64,000 nt of DNA, taken from contig JAANOX010000205.1 in NCBI GenBank assembly GCA_020184695.1, positions 248,001-312,000 of the forward strand. Reading direction: 5' to 3'. The notes below the pieces were generated by a model. That model was given only the letters and a program-made list of their open reading frames with translations. It was not told where the DNA came from and ran no database searches. The position numbers were made by a program, and so were the translations under genes. The DNA comes from Histomonas meleagridis 2922-C6/04-290x (lineage: Eukaryota > Protista > Parabasalia). Positions 32,440 through 43,141 of the stretch are shown piece after piece (position 1 is the first letter of the stretch; each line of letters begins with the position of its first letter).

Positions 32440-33204
32440 TCAATTGGCTTTTTGATTTATCCTCAAACCATGTGACAGTGTTTTAACCCATGTATGATAA
32501 TATGTTATCACTTTAGGATTCTTTGTCGGTCTCATTGTAGTATGATGTGCTGTTTTGGTATGTCTGGATATTGAATGTGGTGGTCTTGGTGTTGGATGGT
32601 GTGATAAACGAGTTTTGGTTACATGTTTTGTAGGCGATATTGATGTATGATAATGTGTTGTATGTTTGGATATTGGATGTGTTGGTCTTGGTGTTGGATG
32701 GTGTGATGAACTAGCTTTGGTTACAGGATATATAGGCGATATTGATGTATGATAATGTGTTGTATGTTTGGGTTTTGGATGTGGTGTTCCTGGCGTTCGA
32801 TGGTGTGATGAACTAGCTTTGGTTACAGGATTCGTACGTGTTGGATTATGTAATGTTCGTGTTTTGGTTTTCTTTAATTTTCCCCATAACTTTTGATTTT
32901 TTAATAATTGCAATTTACTTATTGATAAGTGATTTGAATTTGGATCATTATCTTCTTCATTGTTTGAAGTATCTAATAGATCTTGTAGTAAATCTTCGAT
33001 TTTTTTACATATGCATGATAAACTTCCTGGACCTTCTTTTTTGCAATTAATTGAATATATATTTTTTGAAATATGATTATCTGATTTCTTGCTATAAAGT
33101 TTTAACATAAAAGAATTTTCATCAATATTTGGATCATCAGTATAGAAATGAAAATAAGCCGCATTGTTATATCCATAAGCAGAAAGGATAAATATAGGAA
33201 ACAT
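32440..33204 (-). CDS. Putative secreted His/Pro/Thr-rich repeat protein
   Basis: Hydrophobic N-terminus MFPIFILSAYG followed by about 3 copies of a 34-aa repeat. Confidence 0.65.
   Translation of the reverse strand: MFPIFILSAYGYNNAAYFHFYTDDPNIDENSFMLKLYSKKSDNHISKNIYSINCKKEGPGSLSCICKKIEDLLQDLLDTSNNEEDNDPNSNHLSISKLQLLKNQKLWGKLKKTKTRTLHNPTRTNPVTKASSSHHRTPGTPHPKPKHTTHYHTSISPIYPVTKASSSHHPTPRPTHPISKHTTHYHTSISPTKHVTKTRLSHHPTPRPPHSISRHTKTAHHTTMRPTKNPKVITYYHTWVKTLSHGLRINQKAN
32540..32832 (-). repeat. 102-bp (34-aa) imperfect coding tandem repeat, about 3 copies
   Basis: ctagctttggttacagga occurs at 32711 and 32813; peptide PVTKASSSHH(R/P)TP..HP..KHTTHYHTSISP. Confidence 0.9.
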
Positions 33205-33623
33205 ACAAAATTAAATGAAGTGAATGTTCTATAAAAACCTTTCAAATAATGGATACATTTTAGTAGTAATCAAACCATGTTATTAAAAACCATTAACGAC
33301 ATAAAATAAGTTAATAATAATACCAAAATCCAAAAAGTTAATTTGGTATAAAAAACAAAAAATAAAAAAAAAAAATATTTAATACAATCTGCTTGTATAT
33401 GTGATCATTTAGTTCATATTTCATTTTTTCATCATCATTTGTTACATAACTATATACAAATAAACTAATATAGTTTAAGCCAAATTATACTCCATCTCAT
33501 TCTTCAATATCAATTTTTTTATCTATTATAAAATAACAAACACATATCGCGTCAACTATATATTTACTCACAACATCTAATTATTTTAAACAAAACATTT
33601 ATATTTTATTTCTATTGTATACA

Positions 33624-34682
33624 TTAATCCGGATTTCTATTAAGTAAAGGAAACGGCGCACCATTTGGCATTGTCAATTGCATATCGAATAACTCATCGA
33701 AGCAATGATGCTGCATACAGTGCAATGCCGTTGGTCTTTTTCGTGGGTTATAAACGAAAATTTCCTTTAACAATTCCAATATTTCGATTGGCGTATTCTT
33801 CGGCAGCACATATTCCAATGGCATCTTCTTATCTGTTGGGAATTGGAATGTCTTTGTGTGCTGGAACGACTGCATATCATCAGCTGTCGGAGGGCCAATG
33901 ACTTTAACTATCTCGTAAAGCTGTCCGATGCTTGTGTTGCCGTGGAAAATTGGCGTTCCAGATAAAAGCATTTCGCAGATGACACAGCCAGCAGCCCAGA
34001 TGTCTATGGAGGATGTGTAAAAGATACAATCAAAGATAAGTTCGGGAGCGCGATAGTATCGCGACGCAATGTATGAGACACTTTTCTCATTGGCACGTAA
34101 CCTCTTGGCACTACCAAAATCACAGATCTTTAAGGACCCCGTGTCAGCATCTACTAATATGTTTTGTGGTTTGAGGTCACGATGTGTAATTCCAAGTGAA
34201 TGAATATAATGAAGTCCCGAAAAAATCTGAAATGCAAATAATTTAATGTATAAAATAGGCGGCTGCTTCCGTTCTTTTTTATAAAGTAGATTAAATTGAT
34301 GTAATGAACTGGGTAAATAATCCATTACTAAATTTAGATATACTTTATTGTTCTTTTTACATGTAGTTTTGAAGTAGTCTTTAAGGAAAACACAGTTGTC
34401 ATGATGTAATGATTGTAAAATCTCTAATTCACGATTTTTATAACGAGGATCTTGGAAAACTTTTTTGATTGCAACAATAGTACCATCAATATAACGAGCT
34501 GTAAAAACAGTACCAAAAGCACCTTGACCTATAATTCGTATAGGTTTATATTCTTTTTTTGATTTTAGATTTGGTGATATCTTAGATAAGATCTTAGTTG
34601 AAGTATGGCGCGGATTTGCTAGTGCTAATGATGAATTATAGCGGAAGTTAGATAAATGAAGTTTTGGGTTTGCACGTTTCAT
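33624..34682 (-). CDS. GSK3: Glycogen synthase kinase 3 family kinase
   Basis: IGQGAFGTV, VAIKKVFQDPRYKNRELEI, HRDLKPQN and SYIASRYYRAPEL; ATG at 34682. Confidence 0.92.
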   Translation of the reverse strand: MKRANPKLHLSNFRYNSSLALANPRHTSTKILSKISPNLKSKKEYKPIRIIGQGAFGTVFTARYIDGTIVAIKKVFQDPRYKNRELEILQSLHHDNCVFLKDYFKTTCKKNNKVYLNLVMDYLPSSLHQFNLLYKKERKQPPILYIKLFAFQIFSGLHYIHSLGITHRDLKPQNILVDADTGSLKICDFGSAKRLRANEKSVSYIASRYYRAPELIFDCIFYTSSIDIWAAGCVICEMLLSGTPIFHGNTSIGQLYEIVKVIGPPTADDMQSFQHTKTFQFPTDKKMPLEYVLPKNTPIEILELLKEIFVYNPRKRPTALHCMQHHCFDELFDMQLTMPNGAPFPLLNRNPD

Positions 34683-36051
34683 CAAAATTCATAACCGTTG
34701 ACGGTGCATTCAAATTTTTTGATCCGACGAAATCATTGACAATACTCTGTTCGATATTTCAAAAAAAGTTGTCTTCTTCTAAAATTCATTCATAATCATC
34801 ATCAATTAAATACCAGTGATACCTAGCCATTACATTAAAAACACCTTCAACGTTTTGATTGATAATATGCATCTAACATTTTAGAAATTGATGATATGAT
34901 CATAATATTATAAGAAAATTTAATTTATTATTTTGCACTATTTTCCAGTGCCTTTATGTTCTTATATCTATTGCATCAATTTATCTCGTTGAAGGGAAGT
35001 GTTTATATTCTTAATGCAAACTCCCAAACTTATGAAATAGATCAAAATTGCTGGTGATTTTTCTTTTTTTCATGTTTGGCTTACACATAACAATATTTAA
35101 GTAATTGAAGTTAATAAGATTTATTCGCACATTTAAGGAATCAACAATTTTTTGTGGGAAAGTGTAAATAATACAATTTTGAATACAAGTCTATCGTCTT
35201 GTGGCCATCTTTGTGCAATATGGCAAAATAACAATTGATACTTATGCTTTTTATATATATATATATATATAAGAATATTAAGTACTTACGAAATCTAAAT
35301 GAACATGCATTACTAAAGTATATATTAATAAATAATGCAAATAAATCTGATTCAAAAATGTTCAAATAGACTATTACGTAATATGCCAAATTAAGTATTT
35401 CAGATTGATTTACAATGAAGTGGTTCATCAATAAGCATGTTATTCTGGGAAGTTTAATCGATTAATAAATTTCACCATTTAAATGTTTTAACTCCAATTT
35501 CCTTTATCAACAGCATGCATGAGATATTGGCTCGAAGAGAGGAAAATATGAAAACCTTTTTTGGGAGATGTAAATTGCTGTGAAATTTCCGATAGATTAT
35601 CACTGTTGATCGATCAAAAAGCTCCGAAATACAACGGTTAATGCACTGAAAAAGAAAAATTCCTATAAAAATTGAGAACAACAACATAAACGGTCTTCAT
35701 TCAATTCCAGATTTTCTTTGACCAAAAACAACCTTTCCAATTGAATTTTCACAACGTTACGATGCTTAACGTTACTTTTTCTGAGGAGTCTGAACGTTTT
35801 TTGTATTGGCATGAGGTAAAAAGCTTGCAAATTTTTTTGAAAAATATGAATATCTTAATTAACTCAATTGTAATAATTACGAAAATTAATTTCATTTTTT
35901 AACACTCTATGTTATTAATAAATATAGAAATAGAATTAAATATCACTTAAGCTAACCAAGATAAAATATATTTTTTTTATTTCGTGTTCAAAATCCAGAA
36001 GCCCTCATAAAATTTGAATAATTTTTAAGGAGGTATAAAAATTAAAGCTGG

Positions 36052-36615
36052 ATGCAGTACAGCAATTCTCTTCAAATTGAAACCAAAAACAAGAAAAAGA
36101 GGAAGAAATTTACTCCAGATGAAGATGAAGAGTTAAAACATCTCGTTAAAAAGTATGGAACAAAAAGATGGGATTTCATTTCTTCTAAAATTAAGACGAG
36201 AAACGCACGCCAATGTCGAGAAAGATGGAAGTTCTACCTCAGCCCCAATGTGAACCGTTCTCCTTGGACATCCGATGAAGATCAAATATTATTTGAAAAA
36301 TATAATGAATTTGGTCCAAAATGGTCAATAATTTCAAAATACTTTCATAATCGATCACTTAATAATGTTAAAAATAGATGGAATTCGATCATGAGGAAAA
36401 TAAAATCATTGAAACTTGATGTAAACTCAGATAAAGACTTTCACCATTGTGGTAGATTATTGGCTAAAAGCCGTGCTTGCTATCAAATGGATGCTGATGA
36501 GAATGATCAAATTTTAGAGAATAATGAGAAAAATAATTGCGACGAACATAAATTTGATCCTTTCTTTTTCCTGCAAATAAGCAACTTGTTGAACCAAATC
36601 CCAGAGCCAATATGA
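36052..36615 (+). CDS. R2R3 Myb-like DNA-binding protein
   Basis: KFTPDEDEEL..W..RNARQCRERW..YLSP / WTSDEDQIL..GPKW..RSLNNVKNRW. Confidence 0.92.
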   Translation: MQYSNSLQIETKNKKKRKKFTPDEDEELKHLVKKYGTKRWDFISSKIKTRNARQCRERWKFYLSPNVNRSPWTSDEDQILFEKYNEFGPKWSIISKYFHNRSLNNVKNRWNSIMRKIKSLKLDVNSDKDFHHCGRLLAKSRACYQMDADENDQILENNEKNNCDEHKFDPFFFLQISNLLNQIPEPI

Positions 36616-37350
36616 TTTGGTGCGAAATTTTAATTCCATTATCTCAATAAAAGGTGTTTGTAACAAAGGGATTTTTTTGAATGATTTTTCGGTTCGCAAT
36701 TCAATTCCACAATCATAAAATTGAACCAAAGGGCCATTTCGGTTACATAATAATCTGTCTGAAAATTGAACAGGACAGCTCTTATTTCAATGATTAAACC
36801 GTTTTCCTTAAGAAACGTTACGGTATATTCAATTTGAACGGTTATATTTGTTAGTATATCTATACAATATAATCTTTTTCACCGATATCACACCATCACA
36901 TGGGCATGTCGCCTCGTGAGGAATACTAATGATTAATGACAAATAGGAAATCTGATTTTTAATATAATTGAATGTCGATGTTAGTGTGTTTATGATTTTA
37001 TATGCACTCAAAGTACGAAACTGTCGACAACAATACAAATGGCATATATGTTGTTATTCCTGTTATTGATATTGATCAATACCTTCATTTTATAGTATTG
37101 TGTATATCAGCTTTTCATTATCACCTACATAAAAAACTCGTTTATTTTCATAGTTGGATGCTAGAGATCGAGCTCCTATATAATTAACATCACTTAAAAA
37201 TATGAAAATTTTTCATTCATGGCGACCGTTAATTTGAAACTAAGGCCACACTAACGAACAAAGAAATTTCACTGTTTATAAACAAAATTTTGCATTGAAT
37301 TAGTGTCATAAACAATTGAAATTATTCGGTTGCGTAGAGCTCACGTTTTA

Positions 37351-37360
37351 TCATTTCATT
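37351..37360 (+). promoter_or_regulatory. Tandem parabasalid initiator (Inr, TCA[C/T][T/A]) elements
   Basis: TCATTTCATT, 17-26 nt upstream of the RPS30 ATG. Confidence 0.55.
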
Positions 37361-37376
37361 TTCTTGATATAGAGAA

Positions 37377-37565
37377 ATGGGTAAAGTACATGGCTCACTC
37401 GCACAAGCAGGAAAGGTTCGCTCTAACACTCCGAAGGTTCCAAAGATGGAAAAGGAAAAGCCAGTTCGTGGTCGAGCAGCAATGAGGAAGCATTATAACA
37501 AATATTATCTTTCAATGAATCCTGATGCAAAGCACAAAGTTGGCCCAAACTCACAAAATAAATAA
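37377..37565 (+). CDS. RPS30: 40S ribosomal protein eS30
   Basis: MGKVHGSLAQAGKVRSNTPKV..GRA. Confidence 0.97.
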   Translation: MGKVHGSLAQAGKVRSNTPKVPKMEKEKPVRGRAAMRKHYNKYYLSMNPDAKHKVGPNSQNK

Positions 37566-37870
37566 ACAACAAATGATTATGTAAAATATGTTATAACTAA
37601 TTCTTTGATGCATCTACCCATTCCATACGTTTAAATTCGATTGAATGCATTCAATAGTTTTATGATTAACACTTTTTCAACGATATCATTTTTTTTAAAG
37701 AATTACTTTTATTTAATTTACCATAGCAAAAACAACAATAACTTCAAAAATAAATCAAAGAATATCCTAAAAATTCAAAAAGACATCGAATGTTATCTTT
37801 TTTTTCAAGATTCTTCACAAAAACATTAACAAATATTTCAATGAAAAAAGCGTCGGTTTAAAATTACCAG

Positions 37871-38812
37871 ATGGAAACTCAGAATCAATCATATTTCTCA
37901 AACAGAATCGAAAAAGACATTAAAAATAGAGAGGCACTTCATTTACCACTTCCAGATTTTAATGATATGGATGATGAATACAGTGATCCAGATTTAGATG
38001 AATATGATTTTGAAGAAGAACAGATCACTGATTTTCAAAGTCTACTTCCTGGCTTTCCAAAAAACTCTGATATTTCTTATAAATATGCCTTAGAAGAAGA
38101 AAAAACGATTCCTAAATCATCGATAAATTTTGATAGAATACAAACAGAATTAACAGAAAAGCATCGCGAGGTTGCAGTGAAGTGTATCATGCAGCTTCAC
38201 TTTTACTTCAGACTTACAAATGATGCATATTATAATTCGGTAACTTACTTAGACATATGCTTGTCTAACACTCAAATTCCAGAAGCTAAAATTCAGTTGT
38301 ATGCAATAGTATGCTATTGGATAGCAACAAAGGTGGAAACAAATTTTATGGAACCTACAGTTGAAGATATAAACAAAATTACAGGACACGCGTTCACACA
38401 AGAGGAATTTGATTGTACAGAAATTCGTATTGTTATGTCATTGAATTGCAAATTATATTATCCGACATCAAAATTTTTCATGCGTTTCTATTTGACAATT
38501 GGAAGTGCAGACCAAGAAGCAATAAGTATAGCAGGAGGACTTACTGAATTTGCGATGTTAAAAATTGATTTTTTTGATTACAAACCTTCTGTTATTGCTT
38601 CAGCTGCTATTGTCTTGGCTTTAGAATCACTTGGTAAGCCTCGTGATGCAAGGAGAGTGATGCGAATAATGAATCATGAAGATATCAAAAATATTGTAAT
38701 TACAATGAATAAGTTCCAAAAATATGTGATGGCTCGCCAGAAATCTTCTAGTTCGAATGATATCTTTGTGAACATGAAGCTTCCAATTAAGTGTTATTCG
38801 TTTCTCGGTTGA
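37871..38812 (+). CDS. Cyclin (A/B-like cyclin box)
   Basis: HREVAVKCI..AYYNSVTYLDICLS..IQLYAIVCYWIATKVE..EIRIVMSLNCKL..PT..FM..KPSVIASAAI. Confidence 0.88.
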   Translation: METQNQSYFSNRIEKDIKNREALHLPLPDFNDMDDEYSDPDLDEYDFEEEQITDFQSLLPGFPKNSDISYKYALEEEKTIPKSSINFDRIQTELTEKHREVAVKCIMQLHFYFRLTNDAYYNSVTYLDICLSNTQIPEAKIQLYAIVCYWIATKVETNFMEPTVEDINKITGHAFTQEEFDCTEIRIVMSLNCKLYYPTSKFFMRFYLTIGSADQEAISIAGGLTEFAMLKIDFFDYKPSVIASAAIVLALESLGKPRDARRVMRIMNHEDIKNIVITMNKFQKYVMARQKSSSSNDIFVNMKLPIKCYSFLG

Positions 38813-39389
38813 TGACCACAATTTTTTATGTAAACATTTATTATTTTATTTTAGGGCACTCCAAATATATTAACGAACTTTAAATGTAAACAAAAAGTTG
38901 AAGGAGTTCAAATTGGAAAATCCCGCAAAAATGTATTCAAAAAGTAGGAACGTGAACGATAGAGCTTTTTAATCTCACAAATTTGTTGGAAAGAAGGGTA
39001 ATCGTTATTATATGATGACTTTTTGATAATAAATTTGAGAATTTTACATCAATATTTCCAAATAAATTTATTCGAACATATGGAAAAATATATGTATCTC
39101 TCGAATCAATTAAAAAATGAAAAGTTTGGACCAAAAATTAAGAAATGTTTATCAAATTTTTTTCTATAAGATGCATTCATTGTTATTGGACATCTTAGGG
39201 CTTGTCTGATCCACAGATGCTGTAATGGTATTTTTTTCTATTTCGTTCGGCTATATCTTTGTCTACATTATTTTTTGGATGTGCGAAACGCCAACCAGCA
39301 ATATTAAGATTTGTTGGAGGAAGCAACCTTTCTGCTTCCACTCCCCACTGGTGTTTAATACTTGTTAATTACTTAATCCAAAATAATCA

Positions 39390-39787
39390 AATACCTAAAG
39401 AATTTTGGTTTCCTTCGCAAGATCAGGAAACATTAAATTGTTCGATATTTTCTTGGACGGGAAGGAATTGACACTAATACGAAAGATGTTTATTTCGTCG
39501 AAATGATATTTGTTTCAATAATTCTTTGTTTCACTTTAATATCTGGTATTTGATCTTTTTTTTATAACTCCACTTATGGGAGCAGTCTTAGAAGATGAGA
39601 AAGAAATTGTTAAATTACTTCTTGAACAAAAGGAGGTTAATATTAATGCTAAAGATATTTATTTGTTTTATCTAATATTTATTTTAATAATTTAACATTT
39701 CAAAATAATATTTGGAAATTATTTCAATTATTTAAAACAGCACTTATTTGGGCATCTTCATGTGGTTATACAGAAATAAAGATATGA
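39390..39787 (+). pseudogene. Degraded ankyrin-repeat gene with cassette spacers
   Basis: Frameshifted ..ARSGNIKLF../GIDTNTKD, 79-nt spacer (39488-39566), TPLMGAVLEDEKEIVKLLLEQKEVNINAKD, 80-nt spacer (39657-39736), TALIWASSCGYTEIKI*. Confidence 0.8.
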
Positions 39788-40399
39788 CACTAATAATTTT
39801 GGAAAGCATTTATGTATACATCTAAATTTAGACGAACATAATATAAGGAGAATATTTTAATAATAAAAATGTAAACCTTGAATTAGTTTTGATTTAGGTT
39901 TTTCAAGCTTTTTTGTGTTATTCTCTTCATCTCTATTCCTTATAAATACAAATAAGTCTCTTATTTCTAAATGATTTAAGTTCATCTTTGATTGGTTGTA
40001 AATTTTCATTGTTATTCTGATGAACATATAGATCCTTCTATGGTTTCTTAGATGATGACGAATCACTAAGATTTATCGCTTGTTTAACCAGTTATTTTTT
40101 TCTGGTTTGGTTTCTGCTGGATGTTGTATCTTAAGTTTCACTTTATATTTAAGACATTTGATAGATTTCATGAAGTTCTTAATTTTATAATCACCATTAA
40201 ATGAGATTATACACGAAATTGAAACCTATTCAATGTTTAAATCCTTTTTCACCATTACAGTTGAAGTATTTGATTCGACATATGTAGAATCTACATATCT
40301 CTGAGAATTCAGTTTTGAAAAAGATATCGAACATTAATATGCATGGATAAATAAAATAATACGTTTTTCGACTTTATTTAGATGTAAACACAAGGAAAA

Positions 40400-40867
40400 T
40401 CAAATAATATGATCATCTTCATCAGATTGATCTTGAGAATCAGCGATTCTAAGCTTCATGAGCTTTTCACTTTCTTCTTTAAATGTTTGGAAATCTGTGC
40501 TGGAAATGTATTTAAGAGTTGGTGTTTTTTTGTCTTTTGCAGATTTTGCTTTTCGCTTCTTTGGGAGTTTCAATGAAGCAATGAACCTATCAGCCTCGTC
40601 GAGATTGATTTTTCCCGAAAGAATCTCATCACTTTCGGATTCATCACTTTCTTCAACTTTATACTTGTTTTTAAAATTAAATTTTTTTAACCCAGGATTT
40701 AAAATCTTTGTGTCTGCATCATCATCATCACCATTATCAACAAAGGGATCTGATAAACATTTATTTTTATTTTGTTTTTCTTGTATATATTTCCTGATTT
40801 GAATTTTCCTCTTAGCAGAATTCGGCCCAGGCACTTTATGATTGGATGAATGAGAATCTTGAGACAT
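40400..40867 (-). CDS. Hypothetical charged low-complexity protein
   Basis: 155-aa ORF with ATG start and K/E/D-rich coding-like composition. Confidence 0.6.
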   Translation of the reverse strand: MSQDSHSSNHKVPGPNSAKRKIQIRKYIQEKQNKNKCLSDPFVDNGDDDDADTKILNPGLKKFNFKNKYKVEESDESESDEILSGKINLDEADRFIASLKLPKKRKAKSAKDKKTPTLKYISSTDFQTFKEESEKLMKLRIADSQDQSDEDDHII

Positions 40868-40986
40868 CTCTTAAAGGATGTGATCTACCCTAAATACGTT
40901 AATTATAAAAAAAATAAACATCAGAATTATTGAACAAACGACAATAAAGTATTGAAATCATTTTAATAGTTTACAAAAAAATTACC

Positions 40987-41694
40987 ATGTTTGGATCAGC
41001 TTCTATAGATTTTGATGATCTTCCTCCATCTTCTTCAGATAACTCAGATGAAGCTGTCCCAGAAATTCATGAAATGGAGTTAAATGTTCCTTCAGCTCCA
41101 TTTTTAGCAAAATCTAAAATTATTTCTTTCCTTATGCCTTACGAAAACATTATTCAATATATACGAGAAGTTCTCTTAATGAAGAGGCCTCTTCAATTTT
41201 TGTATATTATTATTTTTGTAGAATTATTTTTTCTTTTTGTTTATTTTTTTGATCTTGGCTTTTTTTCATGTTGCACTTTGGTTATTTTCATTACAGTTCT
41301 TGGCAAAATGATATATATTCAAAAACCAGAATTATTTACAAATCATTTGTTTTCGTTTCCATCGAATGATACAAATGACACACAAAAAACAGATTTTATT
41401 GATGATTTCGCATATTTTTTGTCTGTTTTAGGAAGCAGGATCTATTGCTTCATCCTAGCTTGTCAACAGAAGTCAGATGACCAAAGTTACATTGGTCGAT
41501 TTCTTTACATAATTTTTCTTTTCTGTATTTTCCTAATATTAAAGGTCTTTAACACATTTGCTATTATTTACATTTCTGTTCATTTGATTCTTTTATTGCC
41601 TTCTTTCATATTTCATCCCAAAATCAAACCAATTCTACTTCCATATGTAAATAGATTAATAAGATTACTCGCACCAAAACTCAAAGCAACATAA
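40987..41694 (+). CDS. Reticulon-like / ER-shaping membrane protein (tentative)
   Basis: Acidic N-terminus plus two long hydrophobic hairpin segments. Confidence 0.5.
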   Translation: MFGSASIDFDDLPPSSSDNSDEAVPEIHEMELNVPSAPFLAKSKIISFLMPYENIIQYIREVLLMKRPLQFLYIIIFVELFFLFVYFFDLGFFSCCTLVIFITVLGKMIYIQKPELFTNHLFSFPSNDTNDTQKTDFIDDFAYFLSVLGSRIYCFILACQQKSDDQSYIGRFLYIIFLFCIFLILKVFNTFAIIYISVHLILLLPSFIFHPKIKPILLPYVNRLIRLLAPKLKAT

Positions 41695-42229
41695 ATATAA
41701 TAGATTTTAGTAAATGTTTTTGTAATTACTTTTTATAAAAATTGTCGGATTTTTTTAATAAAAATTTACTTGACTTTTTTTTGTTTCAAACAAGCTCAAA
41801 CTTAAAATATGTTATTTATTTACAAATGAATTATTACATAAAAATTTAAAATATGAAAATCAAATTTTGTAACTTATAACGATTTTAAAATAATATCCAT
41901 TTAAAAAAAATTTGTATATTTTTTTGTATACATTTTATTTTTTTAAATCCCTTGTCATATCAAATTTTGCATTCTTAATAACATTTCTCATGGTTCAAAT
42001 GTTCTTTTTGTTCAGAACAGAAATAAATTTATTTTTTTATTCTTTAAAATCACAATTATTTGAAACATTATCAAGAAAAACTTTTTCTGATTACTTTAAT
42101 GTTTCTATAAAAAATCTTTCGTTAAAGGTATTTCATAGTTTTTAACCAAGGAAATACAAAATTTGAGAATAAAGGTTTCAAATCAGAAAACATATAAGCT
42201 ATATTTTTTCAATGTAATTCACATTAAAT

Positions 42230-42940
42230 ATGTTGACTTTCTTCATATGCATAATTTATCAACATATTTCTACGCATGGCTATAGAGGCAAATTTTTACG
42301 TTGGTATTTAAAGAAATTATATAAATATCACAAAATTATTTCATATCAAAAAGCATCTCATTATATTCTTAATTATATAGACTGCTCAAATGATAAAATA
42401 TCCTTAGTTTATTCAGGAATAACATATCCATGGATATGTGGAAGACAAAGAAAACCATATGTAAAATATATTAATATCGAGCACATAGTTCCGCAAAGTT
42501 TATTTTTTAGGAAATTTCCAATGGTATCAGATTTTCACCATCTTTTCCCATCTTCAGTAGTTATTAATAAGGCAAGATCTAACTTTCCTTATGTGGAAGT
42601 TAATTATAATAAATGTAAATTATTTTGCAGACATTCGAAATGTTCAACTATTATACCAACTCATCCAGATGATTACAATTGTATAACTCATGATAAAATG
42701 TTTATGCCAAGACTGGATAATCGTGGTAGAATTGCACGTGCTGTTCTTTATTTCTTTACAATGTATAAAGATGATATGTCGATGGTTGGTGATTTAAGAA
42801 CATTTTTAAAATGGAACAGAGAGAATCCACCAACAAGAAAAGAATTTCACAGGAATAATAAAATCAACAAAACACAAGGCAATAGAAATCCATATATAGA
42901 TGATTACAGACTTGCTGATAAAGCTTGGGATTACGATTAA
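42230..42940 (+). CDS. Endonuclease I family (His-Me finger; bacterial EndA/Bsn-like) nuclease
   Basis: NIEHIVPQS, SDFHHLFPS..INKARSNFPY, RGRIARAVLYF, WNRENPP and QGNRNPYID. Confidence 0.88.
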   Translation: MLTFFICIIYQHISTHGYRGKFLRWYLKKLYKYHKIISYQKASHYILNYIDCSNDKISLVYSGITYPWICGRQRKPYVKYINIEHIVPQSLFFRKFPMVSDFHHLFPSSVVINKARSNFPYVEVNYNKCKLFCRHSKCSTIIPTHPDDYNCITHDKMFMPRLDNRGRIARAVLYFFTMYKDDMSMVGDLRTFLKWNRENPPTRKEFHRNNKINKTQGNRNPYIDDYRLADKAWDYD

Positions 42941-43141
42941 AAGCCATGTTAATTTTTATTATTATTTTTATTTATTTATTAGATGCATGACAGAAAATTT
43001 CTTCTACATATATTATTGATTACACGGTTTAATGATTTGGGTTCGGCCGTTTATTTAGTGTTTTTCAATTAAAATTTCGGTGACATTTTTTGAAATGTCA
43101 GAAAAAATATTTTTTGTTAACTTTCGTTTGGCATATAAAAA

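Noticed and set aside
37249-37263. ACTAAC motifs (also near 24455 and 53882) as trichomonad intron 3' ends
   Set aside because: Spacing to AG does not fit ACTAACNNNNAG, and no interrupted ORF needs them.
37377-37565. RPS30 lacking the ubiquitin-like FUBI fusion
   Set aside because: This is the normal state outside animals.
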